Shown piece by piece: positions 12,340-21,052 of a stretch of DNA of 64,000 nucleotides. The stretch's first letter is position 1. Every line of letters begins with the position of its first letter. Where the stretch lies: contig OZ076409.1 in the NCBI GenBank assembly GCA_964187785.1, positions 69,380,001-69,444,000 of the forward strand. The letters are read 5' to 3'. Under the pieces are notes generated by a model, which saw only the letters and a list, made by a program, of their open reading frames with translations, was not told where the DNA came from and made no database searches. This stretch comes from Amphiscolops sp. MND2022. Lineage: Eukaryota. The translations under genes were made by a program, and so were the position numbers.

Positions 12340-13353
12340 ATGGATCTATCAAGCTTCGTAACATATGATAAAAAAGAATCTCTTCTTTTAAGTATTGCAA
12401 AATCTAATCAAGAAATTGTTGAAAATACTCATTCTAAACCACAAGAAACTCTAGAATTTAAAATGACTAAACAAAAAGAATCTTTCTCATTTGATGTTCC
12501 ATTACTACTGCCTGAAAAATGGATGATGGGAGTAACAAGCCTAGAAGTATACAACACTGTATATAACATTACTGAAAAGAATAACAACCTTGAAATTCTT
12601 CTAACAAAACAACAACTCGAAGAGTATAGAGTTGACACTGAATTAGTGCCAAAAATAAAGGATTTGTATGAAACATCTGATGATAAATTTATAGAAAAAA
12701 CTAATACACTTATAACTTATAGTTATACTAAAAAGAAGAAAAAACTTACTAGAAAAGACTTTAACCAACTCAAGAAATTAATTGAAGTTTTTAACTATCC
12801 TGATCAACAAATACATATTCCTGACTTTGAAATTGAACATGATTCCTTTGGAATACAACTAACACCAGGAGCATATGAATTAGTTGATATCAATGCTTCC
12901 GTAAAACAAATAATTAATGAAAGTGATTATGATTTTAAATTCAACATAATACCTGACACAATATCAATGAAATCAGTTTTAACAACCTCAAACCCTATTC
13001 ATTTTAACTCCGAACTTAACAAAGTCCTGGGTTTTACACAACGTGATTACCCACCCGGAACTCACACTTCAGAAAAACCAGTCATGATAACAACCACCGA
13101 CAAAGTTCATCTGAAGTGCGACTGTGTAGATGGTTCAATTGTTAATGGTATACGAGAGCAAATTTTATTTTCTTTCAATTTAAGCGCACCTCCCGGATAT
13201 AAAATTATAAAAGAACCCACAACTGTTTTGTACAAATCAATTAACAAAACACGACTGGACACCATTCAATTTTTCCTTGAGGACTCTAATCATGATTCAG
13301 TTGATTTCAACGGGGAGACACTCACCTTCACAATTCAAATCATCAAAATATGA
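12340..13353 (+). CDS. Minor capsid (penton-like) protein
   Basis: The C-terminal VHLKCDCVDGSIVNG...ILFSF...PGYKII.EP...LY..IN...I.F.LED....VDFNGE.LTF pattern is typical of Polinton/adintovirus pentons. Recognised by eye. Confidence 0.75.
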   Translation: MDLSSFVTYDKKESLLLSIAKSNQEIVENTHSKPQETLEFKMTKQKESFSFDVPLLLPEKWMMGVTSLEVYNTVYNITEKNNNLEILLTKQQLEEYRVDTELVPKIKDLYETSDDKFIEKTNTLITYSYTKKKKKLTRKDFNQLKKLIEVFNYPDQQIHIPDFEIEHDSFGIQLTPGAYELVDINASVKQIINESDYDFKFNIIPDTISMKSVLTTSNPIHFNSELNKVLGFTQRDYPPGTHTSEKPVMITTTDKVHLKCDCVDGSIVNGIREQILFSFNLSAPPGYKIIKEPTTVLYKSINKTRLDTIQFFLEDSNHDSVDFNGETLTFTIQIIKI

Positions 13354-13382
13354 TAGGATTTAATACAATTTTTTTCTAATAA

Positions 13383-13937
13383 ATGAGTTATAATAAATTT
13401 ATAAATAATTCATATTGTGTTGGTGGAAAACATTATTCTCCCACCACAAATGTTCATGGAGAAATTACAAACACTGGGATACAGATGGGCAGGCCCGTAC
13501 ACACATTACGTGGCAACTGTGTAGTGTGTAACAGAAATAAGAGTCTAATTGTATCTGAACGAACAATAGATGGGGAAGGATTGGGGGACTTTTTCAAACA
13601 TTTAGGTTCTGCAGCCAAAAATGTTGGAAAGAAAATACTCAATAACCCAGCAAGAGCTCTAGAAATAGCAGCAAATATTGGAACTGCAGCAGCAAGTAAA
13701 AATCCACGATTAATTGCCGCAACTGCCCCCGATGTTATTAAATTTGTTCATCAAGGGAAGGGCCTATACAAAGCTGAAGCATTGTCGAGTAAAGGCGGAA
13801 GCTATCGCGAAAGCTATCGCAGCAAAGCAGGCAAAGCAGCAGGCAACGCAAGCGGCAGCAAAGCAGCTAACGCAAACAACACAAACCGAAAAGCAAGAAC
13901 TAATGGTAAAGGCCTGTATCTGGGGAAAATCCACTAG
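13383..13937 (+). CDS. Putative virion core / membrane-lytic precursor with adenain-type cleavage sites
   Basis: N-terminal C..H/CxxC module. IDGE|G is followed by the amphipathic GLGDFFKHLGSAAKNVGKKIL. GKGLY occurs twice, and the tail is basic. Confidence 0.6.
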   Translation: MSYNKFINNSYCVGGKHYSPTTNVHGEITNTGIQMGRPVHTLRGNCVVCNRNKSLIVSERTIDGEGLGDFFKHLGSAAKNVGKKILNNPARALEIAANIGTAAASKNPRLIAATAPDVIKFVHQGKGLYKAEALSSKGGSYRESYRSKAGKAAGNASGSKAANANNTNRKARTNGKGLYLGKIH

Positions 13938-13963
13938 TTATATGCATTAATTATACTTAATAA

Positions 13964-15121
13964 ATGTATTCAATTCACACCCGAGATGACTTGGAAAAAT
14001 TAAAAAAATTACAAGAAACAAAATCCTTAATTTTTAAAGAAAGATTAAAAGAGAAACTAGGGAAACAAGACTTTCATTATGACCTTGAAGAAGTTTTTGA
14101 ACCTGTTACTACAAAGCAGGTAGAATCAAATGAAAAACAAATACAAGCACTACATGATTCTACCCGCGAAGCTTCGCGCGCAGCTTCACAAACAGTACAA
14201 GCAATAAAAAATCAAACACAGGCTATTCGAGAATCGAGTAACGCTTTGAATAAAAATTTACAGAAATCAATTAAAGAAGGAATACAAGAATATGATGAAA
14301 TTACGAATCGTAATAATCAGCTTCTTACGAGTCTTGTTACTTCCAATCAAGTTGATTCTAGTATTGTAAAAACAGTTTCTAATTTACTTAATGACAAAAA
14401 CAAAAGCCAATTTAGTTTAGAACCATTTATACAAGACTATCCAAATATATTCATAATTAATCCCCATAACCCACAACAAGTACTAATCAAAGGTTCAACA
14501 ATGACTTTCGAGAATGGGAATTCATACAATTTAAATGATCCAGATCTTCAACATTTTATAACTAATACACAATTTGACAAACAAATAAATAACTGGGGTC
14601 CAATTTATAACTTCTTAAATGATATGAAATATGATCTAAATTATGGAGATAAAAAATCATACAGATATCAATTTATTAAAGAATTGTATAAATATATGCA
14701 GGGCTTCACACAAGGCTATGCGGGGAGCTCTGCGACAGCTAACGCGACAGCTAACGCGACAGCTAACGCGACAGCTAACGCGACAGCTCCCACACAGGAC
14801 TACACACAGGGCTTCACAGGAAGTGGATTGTGCGATAGCTATCGCGGAAGCTATCGCAAATATTCACGAAGTTCCACGCACAGCCCTGCGCGAAGCTACG
14901 CACGAAGTTCCACACAACAGTACATTTTCCTCCCATCTGACCCAGACGAATTAGTCGATAAATTGAAATTACTTTATTTTGAAAAAGTTGGAGGAAATGA
15001 TAGTTTTTTGATTAATGAAGAAATTATTGCAATTATAGACAAGTTATTGGAGTATGAATGCATATCACCTTCTCAACACCAAAATATACGAAGTTCCACA
15101 CAAAGCAACTTAATTACTTAA
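13964..15121 (+). CDS. Conserved Polinton-type coiled-coil protein, function uncertain
   Basis: The C-terminal LPSDPDELVDKLKLL...GGND....EIIAIIDKLLE motif resembles a recurrent Maverick/adintovirus ORF. It has an N-terminal coiled coil and an (ATAN)n low-complexity insert. Confidence 0.6.
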   Translation: MYSIHTRDDLEKLKKLQETKSLIFKERLKEKLGKQDFHYDLEEVFEPVTTKQVESNEKQIQALHDSTREASRAASQTVQAIKNQTQAIRESSNALNKNLQKSIKEGIQEYDEITNRNNQLLTSLVTSNQVDSSIVKTVSNLLNDKNKSQFSLEPFIQDYPNIFIINPHNPQQVLIKGSTMTFENGNSYNLNDPDLQHFITNTQFDKQINNWGPIYNFLNDMKYDLNYGDKKSYRYQFIKELYKYMQGFTQGYAGSSATANATANATANATANATAPTQDYTQGFTGSGLCDSYRGSYRKYSRSSTHSPARSYARSSTQQYIFLPSDPDELVDKLKLLYFEKVGGNDSFLINEEIIAIIDKLLEYECISPSQHQNIRSSTQSNLIT

Positions 15122-16177
15122 AGGATCAGTTTGTGGATTAAAGATCTTGTAATTTGGATTAGATTCATTACAAATCCTGTACCTACTCCCATTTTTATCT
15201 TCCAATCTGTTTATTAAAAGGTAGTTGAATTTTTCGTTCCATGCTTCTCTACACAAACTTTTGAATTCCTCATAAGACATATCAAAACCTGATATGTCCC
15301 TATGAATATGTTCTACATCTTTCAGTGTTTGTTGAAATAAAATTATGATATTACTATTGTTTCTAACTGTCTTTTTTGGTGCATCAAAATAACTCTGACA
15401 TAAATAATAAACATCACAAGATTTGTGTCTTCCCCTAGTAAAAAATGGATCAATCAATTTCTGGTTGGAGTCTAACATATCATCAAATACTACACAACAT
15501 CCCCTATACTCTTCCAAATCCCCCACATTTTCTTCCACTTCTATTCCTTGCATATCAATATTCTCATATTGTTCCGGACTCCTTGTAATGATACGAATTT
15601 GTTTCTCTGGATCTTCCAAACGAATCAATCGTAATTTATTCAACAACAAATGAGTCTTACCACAAAATGATGGGCCAACTATTAATGTTCTATTAGTTTC
15701 GTTCGCGTTAGCTTCCGCGTTAGCTCCCGCAGGGCTATTCGCGTTAGCTTCCGCGACAGCTCCCGCGTTAGCACCCACATTATTATTATTACTACTGTGT
15801 GAAGGGGTGCCTCGCGGGAACTCCCGCTGTAGCTCTCGTGATAGCTGTCGCGAATAGCCATGCGGAAGTAAATCATACAGAGCCCCGCGCAGAGCTCCAC
15901 CCCCAGTATGCTGATTATAGTGTTGATTATACTGTTGATTATAGTGTTGTTTTTTAATGTGTGACCTTAAATAACTTTTATTTAATTCCTTATTACAAAA
16001 TTCACACCTCACCTTTTTATTAAAACATTGAATGCATGAAGAGTATGTTTTACCATTTTTGTATGAATAAAAAGTATTACAATTCTTCAAAGTTTCACAG
16101 TCTTTACATCTTTTTTTACTAGAGCAATCATCACATAAACTTTTTTCACTACTTTTATTACAAATTAAGCAATTCAT
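15110..16177 (-). CDS. A32/FtsK-like DNA packaging ATPase with N-terminal zinc-finger extension
   Basis: Walker A GPSFCGKT, Walker B VVFDD, FTRGRH and LCQSYF motifs. Multiple CxxC pairs and a C2H2 finger at the N terminus. Confidence 0.9.
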   Translation of the reverse strand: MNCLICNKSSEKSLCDDCSSKKRCKDCETLKNCNTFYSYKNGKTYSSCIQCFNKKVRCEFCNKELNKSYLRSHIKKQHYNQQYNQHYNQHTGGGALRGALYDLLPHGYSRQLSRELQREFPRGTPSHSSNNNNVGANAGAVAEANANSPAGANAEANANETNRTLIVGPSFCGKTHLLLNKLRLIRLEDPEKQIRIITRSPEQYENIDMQGIEVEENVGDLEEYRGCCVVFDDMLDSNQKLIDPFFTRGRHKSCDVYYLCQSYFDAPKKTVRNNSNIIILFQQTLKDVEHIHRDISGFDMSYEEFKSLCREAWNEKFNYLLINRLEDKNGSRYRICNESNPNYKIFNPQTDPLSN

Positions 16178-16253
16178 TTATTTAGTATTATTTAGTAAAA
16201 AATCACTAAAGTTTCACTAAATACCTCTAAATACCTCTCAGCATCACTATGTA

Positions 16254-16453
16254 NNNNNNNNNNNNNNNNNNNNNNNNNNNNNNNNNNNNNNNNNNNNNNN
16301 NNNNNNNNNNNNNNNNNNNNNNNNNNNNNNNNNNNNNNNNNNNNNNNNNNNNNNNNNNNNNNNNNNNNNNNNNNNNNNNNNNNNNNNNNNNNNNNNNNNN
16401 NNNNNNNNNNNNNNNNNNNNNNNNNNNNNNNNNNNNNNNNNNNNNNNNNNNNN
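16254..16453. other. Assembly gap (200 N) whose flanks overlap by 107 bp
   Basis: 16147-16253 is identical to 16454-16560. Collapsing the overlap removes 307 bp and gives a 10068-bp element with one symmetry axis. Confidence 0.9.
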
Positions 16454-16484
16454 CACTACTTTTATTACAAATTAAGCAATTCAT

Positions 16485-16950
16485 TTATTTAGTATTATTT
16501 AGTAAAAAATCACTAAAGTTTCACTAAATACCTCTAAATACCTCTCAGCATCACTATGTAATCACTAAGCAAATTTCACTAAATCACTAAGAATCTCTAA
16601 GAATCTCTAAGAGTATTTTATTTCTCTAAGATTAGAGAATATAGTGAAATTTAGTGAAAATAATGCTCTTAGTGAAACCTTAGTGATTTAGTGAGAAATT
16701 TAGAGATTCTTAGAGAAATTTAGAGATCACTAAATAATCACTAAATAATCACTAAGGTTTCACTAAGAGCATTATTTTCACTAAATTTCACTATATTCTC
16801 TAATCTTAGAGAAATAAAATACTCTTAGAGATTCTTAGAGATTCTTAGTGATTTAGTGAAATTTGCTTAGTGATTACATAGTGATGCTGAGAGGTATTTA
16901 GAGGTATTTAGTGAAACTTTAGTGATTTTTTACTAAATAATACTAAATAA
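16485..16950. repeat. AT-rich non-coding palindrome centre made of TCACTAA/TCTCTAA and TTAGTGA/TTAGAGA units
   Basis: The arms pair exactly inward to 16688/16747. The 58-nt region 16689-16746 is asymmetric and only partly pairable. Confidence 0.9.
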
Positions 16951-18018
16951 ATGAATTGCTTAATTTGTAATAAAAGTAGTGAAAAAAGTTTATGTGATGA
17001 TTGCTCTAGTAAAAAAAGATGTAAAGACTGTGAAACTTTGAAGAATTGTAATACTTTTTATTCATACAAAAATGGTAAAACATACTCTTCATGCATTCAA
17101 TGTTTTAATAAAAAGGTGAGGTGTGAATTTTGTAATAAGGAATTAAATAAAAGTTATTTAAGGTCACACATTAAAAAACAACACTATAATCAACAGTATA
17201 ATCAACACTATAATCAGCATACTGGGGGTGGAGCTCTGCGCGGGGCTCTGTATGATTTACTTCCGCATGGCTATTCGCGACAGCTATCACGAGAGCTACA
17301 GCGGGAGTTCCCGCGAGGCACCCCTTCACACAGTAGTAATAATAATAATGTGGGTGCTAACGCGGGAGCTGTCGCGGAAGCTAACGCGAATAGCCCTGCG
17401 GGAGCTAACGCGGAAGCTAACGCGAACGAAACTAATAGAACATTAATAGTTGGCCCATCATTTTGTGGTAAGACTCATTTGTTGTTGAATAAATTACGAT
17501 TGATTCGTTTGGAAGATCCAGAGAAACAAATTCGTATCATTACAAGGAGTCCGGAACAATATGAGAATATTGATATGCAAGGAATAGAAGTGGAAGAAAA
17601 TGTGGGGGATTTGGAAGAGTATAGGGGATGTTGTGTAGTATTTGATGATATGTTAGACTCCAACCAGAAATTGATTGATCCATTTTTTACTAGGGGAAGA
17701 CACAAATCTTGTGATGTTTATTATTTATGTCAGAGTTATTTTGATGCACCAAAAAAGACAGTTAGAAACAATAGTAATATCATAATTTTATTTCAACAAA
17801 CACTGAAAGATGTAGAACATATTCATAGGGACATATCAGGTTTTGATATGTCTTATGAGGAATTCAAAAGTTTGTGTAGAGAAGCATGGAACGAAAAATT
17901 CAACTACCTTTTAATAAACAGATTGGAAGATAAAAATGGGAGTAGGTACAGGATTTGTAATGAATCTAATCCAAATTACAAGATCTTTAATCCACAAACT
18001 GATCCTTTAAGTAATTAA
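16951..18018 (+). CDS. Packaging ATPase, mirror copy
   Basis: Protein identical to 15110-16177. Confidence 0.9.
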   Translation: MNCLICNKSSEKSLCDDCSSKKRCKDCETLKNCNTFYSYKNGKTYSSCIQCFNKKVRCEFCNKELNKSYLRSHIKKQHYNQQYNQHYNQHTGGGALRGALYDLLPHGYSRQLSRELQREFPRGTPSHSSNNNNVGANAGAVAEANANSPAGANAEANANETNRTLIVGPSFCGKTHLLLNKLRLIRLEDPEKQIRIITRSPEQYENIDMQGIEVEENVGDLEEYRGCCVVFDDMLDSNQKLIDPFFTRGRHKSCDVYYLCQSYFDAPKKTVRNNSNIIILFQQTLKDVEHIHRDISGFDMSYEEFKSLCREAWNEKFNYLLINRLEDKNGSRYRICNESNPNYKIFNPQTDPLSN

Positions 18019-19164
18019 GTTGCTTTGTGTGGAACTTCGTATATTTTGGTGTTGAGAAGGTGATATGCATTCATACTCCAATAACTTGTCTATAATTGCA
18101 ATAATTTCTTCATTAATCAAAAAACTATCATTTCCTCCAACTTTTTCAAAATAAAGTAATTTCAATTTATCCACTAATTCGTCTGGGTCAGATGGGAGGA
18201 AAATGTACTGTTGTGTGGAACTTCGTGCGTAGCTTCGCGCAGGGCTGTGCGTGGAACTTCGTGAATATTTGCGATAGCTTCCGCGATAGCTATCGCACAA
18301 TCCACTTCCTGTGAAGCCCTGTGTGTAGTCCTGTGTGGGAGCTGTCGCGTTAGCTGTCGCGTTAGCTGTCGCGTTAGCTGTCGCGTTAGCTGTCGCAGAG
18401 CTCCCCGCATAGCCTTGTGTGAAGCCCTGCATATATTTATACAATTCTTTAATAAATTGATATCTGTATGATTTTTTATCTCCATAATTTAGATCATATT
18501 TCATATCATTTAAGAAGTTATAAATTGGACCCCAGTTATTTATTTGTTTGTCAAATTGTGTATTAGTTATAAAATGTTGAAGATCTGGATCATTTAAATT
18601 GTATGAATTCCCATTCTCGAAAGTCATTGTTGAACCTTTGATTAGTACTTGTTGTGGGTTATGGGGATTAATTATGAATATATTTGGATAGTCTTGTATA
18701 AATGGTTCTAAACTAAATTGGCTTTTGTTTTTGTCATTAAGTAAATTAGAAACTGTTTTTACAATACTAGAATCAACTTGATTGGAAGTAACAAGACTCG
18801 TAAGAAGCTGATTATTACGATTCGTAATTTCATCATATTCTTGTATTCCTTCTTTAATTGATTTCTGTAAATTTTTATTCAAAGCGTTACTCGATTCTCG
18901 AATAGCCTGTGTTTGATTTTTTATTGCTTGTACTGTTTGTGAAGCTGCGCGCGAAGCTTCGCGGGTAGAATCATGTAGTGCTTGTATTTGTTTTTCATTT
19001 GATTCTACCTGCTTTGTAGTAACAGGTTCAAAAACTTCTTCAAGGTCATAATGAAAGTCTTGTTTCCCTAGTTTCTCTTTTAATCTTTCTTTAAAAATTA
19101 AGGATTTTGTTTCTTGTAATTTTTTTAATTTTTCCAAGTCATCTCGGGTGTGAATTGAATACAT
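18007..19164 (-). CDS. Conserved Polinton-type protein, mirror copy
   Basis: Protein identical to 13964-15121. One synonymous difference seen (GTC vs GTG; 14956/18172). Confidence 0.6.
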   Translation of the reverse strand: MYSIHTRDDLEKLKKLQETKSLIFKERLKEKLGKQDFHYDLEEVFEPVTTKQVESNEKQIQALHDSTREASRAASQTVQAIKNQTQAIRESSNALNKNLQKSIKEGIQEYDEITNRNNQLLTSLVTSNQVDSSIVKTVSNLLNDKNKSQFSLEPFIQDYPNIFIINPHNPQQVLIKGSTMTFENGNSYNLNDPDLQHFITNTQFDKQINNWGPIYNFLNDMKYDLNYGDKKSYRYQFIKELYKYMQGFTQGYAGSSATANATANATANATANATAPTQDYTQGFTGSGLCDSYRGSYRKYSRSSTHSPARSYARSSTQQYIFLPSDPDELVDKLKLLYFEKVGGNDSFLINEEIIAIIDKLLEYECISPSQHQNIRSSTQSNLIT

Positions 19165-19190
19165 TTATTAAGTATAATTAATGCATATAA

Positions 19191-19745
19191 CTAGTGGATT
19201 TTCCCCAGATACAGGCCTTTACCATTAGTTCTTGCTTTTCGGTTTGTGTTGTTTGCGTTAGCTGCTTTGCTGCCGCTTGCGTTGCCTGCTGCTTTGCCTG
19301 CTTTGCTGCGATAGCTTTCGCGATAGCTTCCGCCTTTACTCGACAATGCTTCAGCTTTGTATAGGCCCTTCCCTTGATGAACAAATTTAATAACATCGGG
19401 GGCAGTTGCGGCAATTAATCGTGGATTTTTACTTGCTGCTGCAGTTCCAATATTTGCTGCTATTTCTAGAGCTCTTGCTGGGTTATTGAGTATTTTCTTT
19501 CCAACATTTTTGGCTGCAGAACCTAAATGTTTGAAAAACTCCCCCAATCCTTCCCCATCTATTGTTCGTTCAGATACAATTAGACTCTTATTTCTGTTAC
19601 ACACTACACAGTTGCCACGTAATGTGTGTACGGGCCTGCCCATCTGTATCCCAGTGTTTGTAATTTCTCCATGAACATTTGTGGTGGGAGAATAATGTTT
19701 TCCACCAACACAATATGAATTATTTATAAATTTATTATAACTCAT
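19191..19745 (-). CDS. Core / membrane-lytic-like precursor, mirror copy
   Basis: Identical to 13383-13937 except GLGDFF to GLGEFF (13589/19539). Confidence 0.6.
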   Translation of the reverse strand: MSYNKFINNSYCVGGKHYSPTTNVHGEITNTGIQMGRPVHTLRGNCVVCNRNKSLIVSERTIDGEGLGEFFKHLGSAAKNVGKKILNNPARALEIAANIGTAAASKNPRLIAATAPDVIKFVHQGKGLYKAEALSSKGGSYRESYRSKAGKAAGNASGSKAANANNTNRKARTNGKGLYLGKIH

Positions 19746-19774
19746 TTATTAGAAAAAAATTGTATTAAATCCTA

Positions 19775-20788
19775 TCATATTTTGATGATTTGAATTGTGA
19801 AGGTGAGTGTCTCCCCGTTGAAATCAACTGAATCATGATTAGAGTCCTCAAGGAAAAATTGAATGGTGTCCAGTCGTGTTTTGTTAATTGATTTGTACAA
19901 AACAGTTGTGGGTTCTTTTATAATTTTATATCCGGGAGGTGCGCTTAAATTGAAAGAAAATAAAATTTGCTCTCGTATACCATTAACAATTGAACCATCT
20001 ACACAGTCGCACTTCAGATGAACTTTGTCGGTGGTTGTTATCATGACTGGTTTTTCTGAAGTGTGAGTTCCGGGTGGGTAATCACGTTGTGTAAAACCCA
20101 GGACTTTGTTAAGTTCGGAGTTAAAATGAATAGGGTTTGAGGTTGTTAAAACTGATTTCATTGATATTGTGTCAGGTATTATGTTGAATTTAAAATCATA
20201 ATCACTTTCATTAATTATTTGTTTTACGGAAGCATTGATATCAACTAATTCATATGCTCCTGGTGTTAGTTGTATTCCAAAGGAATCATGTTCAATTTCA
20301 AAGTCAGGAATATGTATTTGTTGATCAGGATAGTTAAAAACTTCAATTAATTTCTTGAGTTGGTTAAAGTCTTTTCTAGTAAGTTTTTTCTTCTTTTTAG
20401 TATAACTATAAGTTATAAGTGTATTAGTTTTTTCTATAAATTTATCATCAGATGTTTCATACAAATCCTTTATTTTTGGCACTAATTCAGTGTCAACTCT
20501 ATACTCTTCGAGTTGTTGTTTTGTTAGAAGAATTTCAAGGTTGTTATTCTTTTCAGTAATGTTATATACAGTGTTGTATACTTCTAGGCTTGTTACTCCC
20601 ATCATCCATTTTTCAGGCAGTAGTAATGGAACATCAAATGAGAAAGATTCTTTTTGTTTAGTCATTTTAAATTCTAGAGTTTCTTGTGGTTTAGAATGAG
20701 TATTTTCAACAATTTCTTGATTAGATTTTGCAATACTTAAAAGAAGAGATTCTTTTTTATCATATGTTACGAAGCTTGATAGATCCAT
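19775..20788 (-). CDS. Penton-like minor capsid protein, mirror copy
   Basis: Protein identical to 12340-13353. Confidence 0.75.
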   Translation of the reverse strand: MDLSSFVTYDKKESLLLSIAKSNQEIVENTHSKPQETLEFKMTKQKESFSFDVPLLLPEKWMMGVTSLEVYNTVYNITEKNNNLEILLTKQQLEEYRVDTELVPKIKDLYETSDDKFIEKTNTLITYSYTKKKKKLTRKDFNQLKKLIEVFNYPDQQIHIPDFEIEHDSFGIQLTPGAYELVDINASVKQIINESDYDFKFNIIPDTISMKSVLTTSNPIHFNSELNKVLGFTQRDYPPGTHTSEKPVMITTTDKVHLKCDCVDGSIVNGIREQILFSFNLSAPPGYKIIKEPTTVLYKSINKTRLDTIQFFLEDSNHDSVDFNGETLTFTIQIIKI

Positions 20789-20836
20789 TTATTAAGAAAA
20801 AAATCCTTTTTTCTCAGCTCCGCGAAGCTGCGCGCA

Positions 20837-21052
20837 TTATAGATTAAATTGTTTGAATCCACTAGCGGAAATGTTATTTATAAATTCTTGCCTATCTTTT
20901 GATAATGTTTTCTTATGTGTGAAACTCTGCGGCTTCGATGAATTTTTTCCATGATTTTGATTTTGATTGTGAAGCTGTGTGCGAGAGCTGTCGCGTAGCT
21001 GCGCGGGTTGGATAATTTTATATTGAGTTGAATAATTCTTAATTTTCTTCAT
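20837..21052 (-). CDS. Small basic protein, mirror copy
   Basis: Protein identical to 12076-12291. Confidence 0.6.
   Translation of the reverse strand: MKKIKNYSTQYKIIQPAQLRDSSRTQLHNQNQNHGKNSSKPQSFTHKKTLSKDRQEFINNISASGFKQFNL

Noticed and set aside
14730..14790. 12-bp tandem repeat or centre repeats as a CRISPR array
   Set aside because: No unique spacers, no cas genes, eukaryotic context.
14643..15900. Alternative-frame ORFs (RQLT repeats, 103 aa; 72 aa; 76 aa) in the element
   Set aside because: Shadow frames of the repeat-rich real genes; they lack the AATAAATG start context.
16227..16527. ORFs running through the N gap
   Set aside because: Artefacts of translating Ns plus the 107-bp overlap duplicate of the ATPase start.
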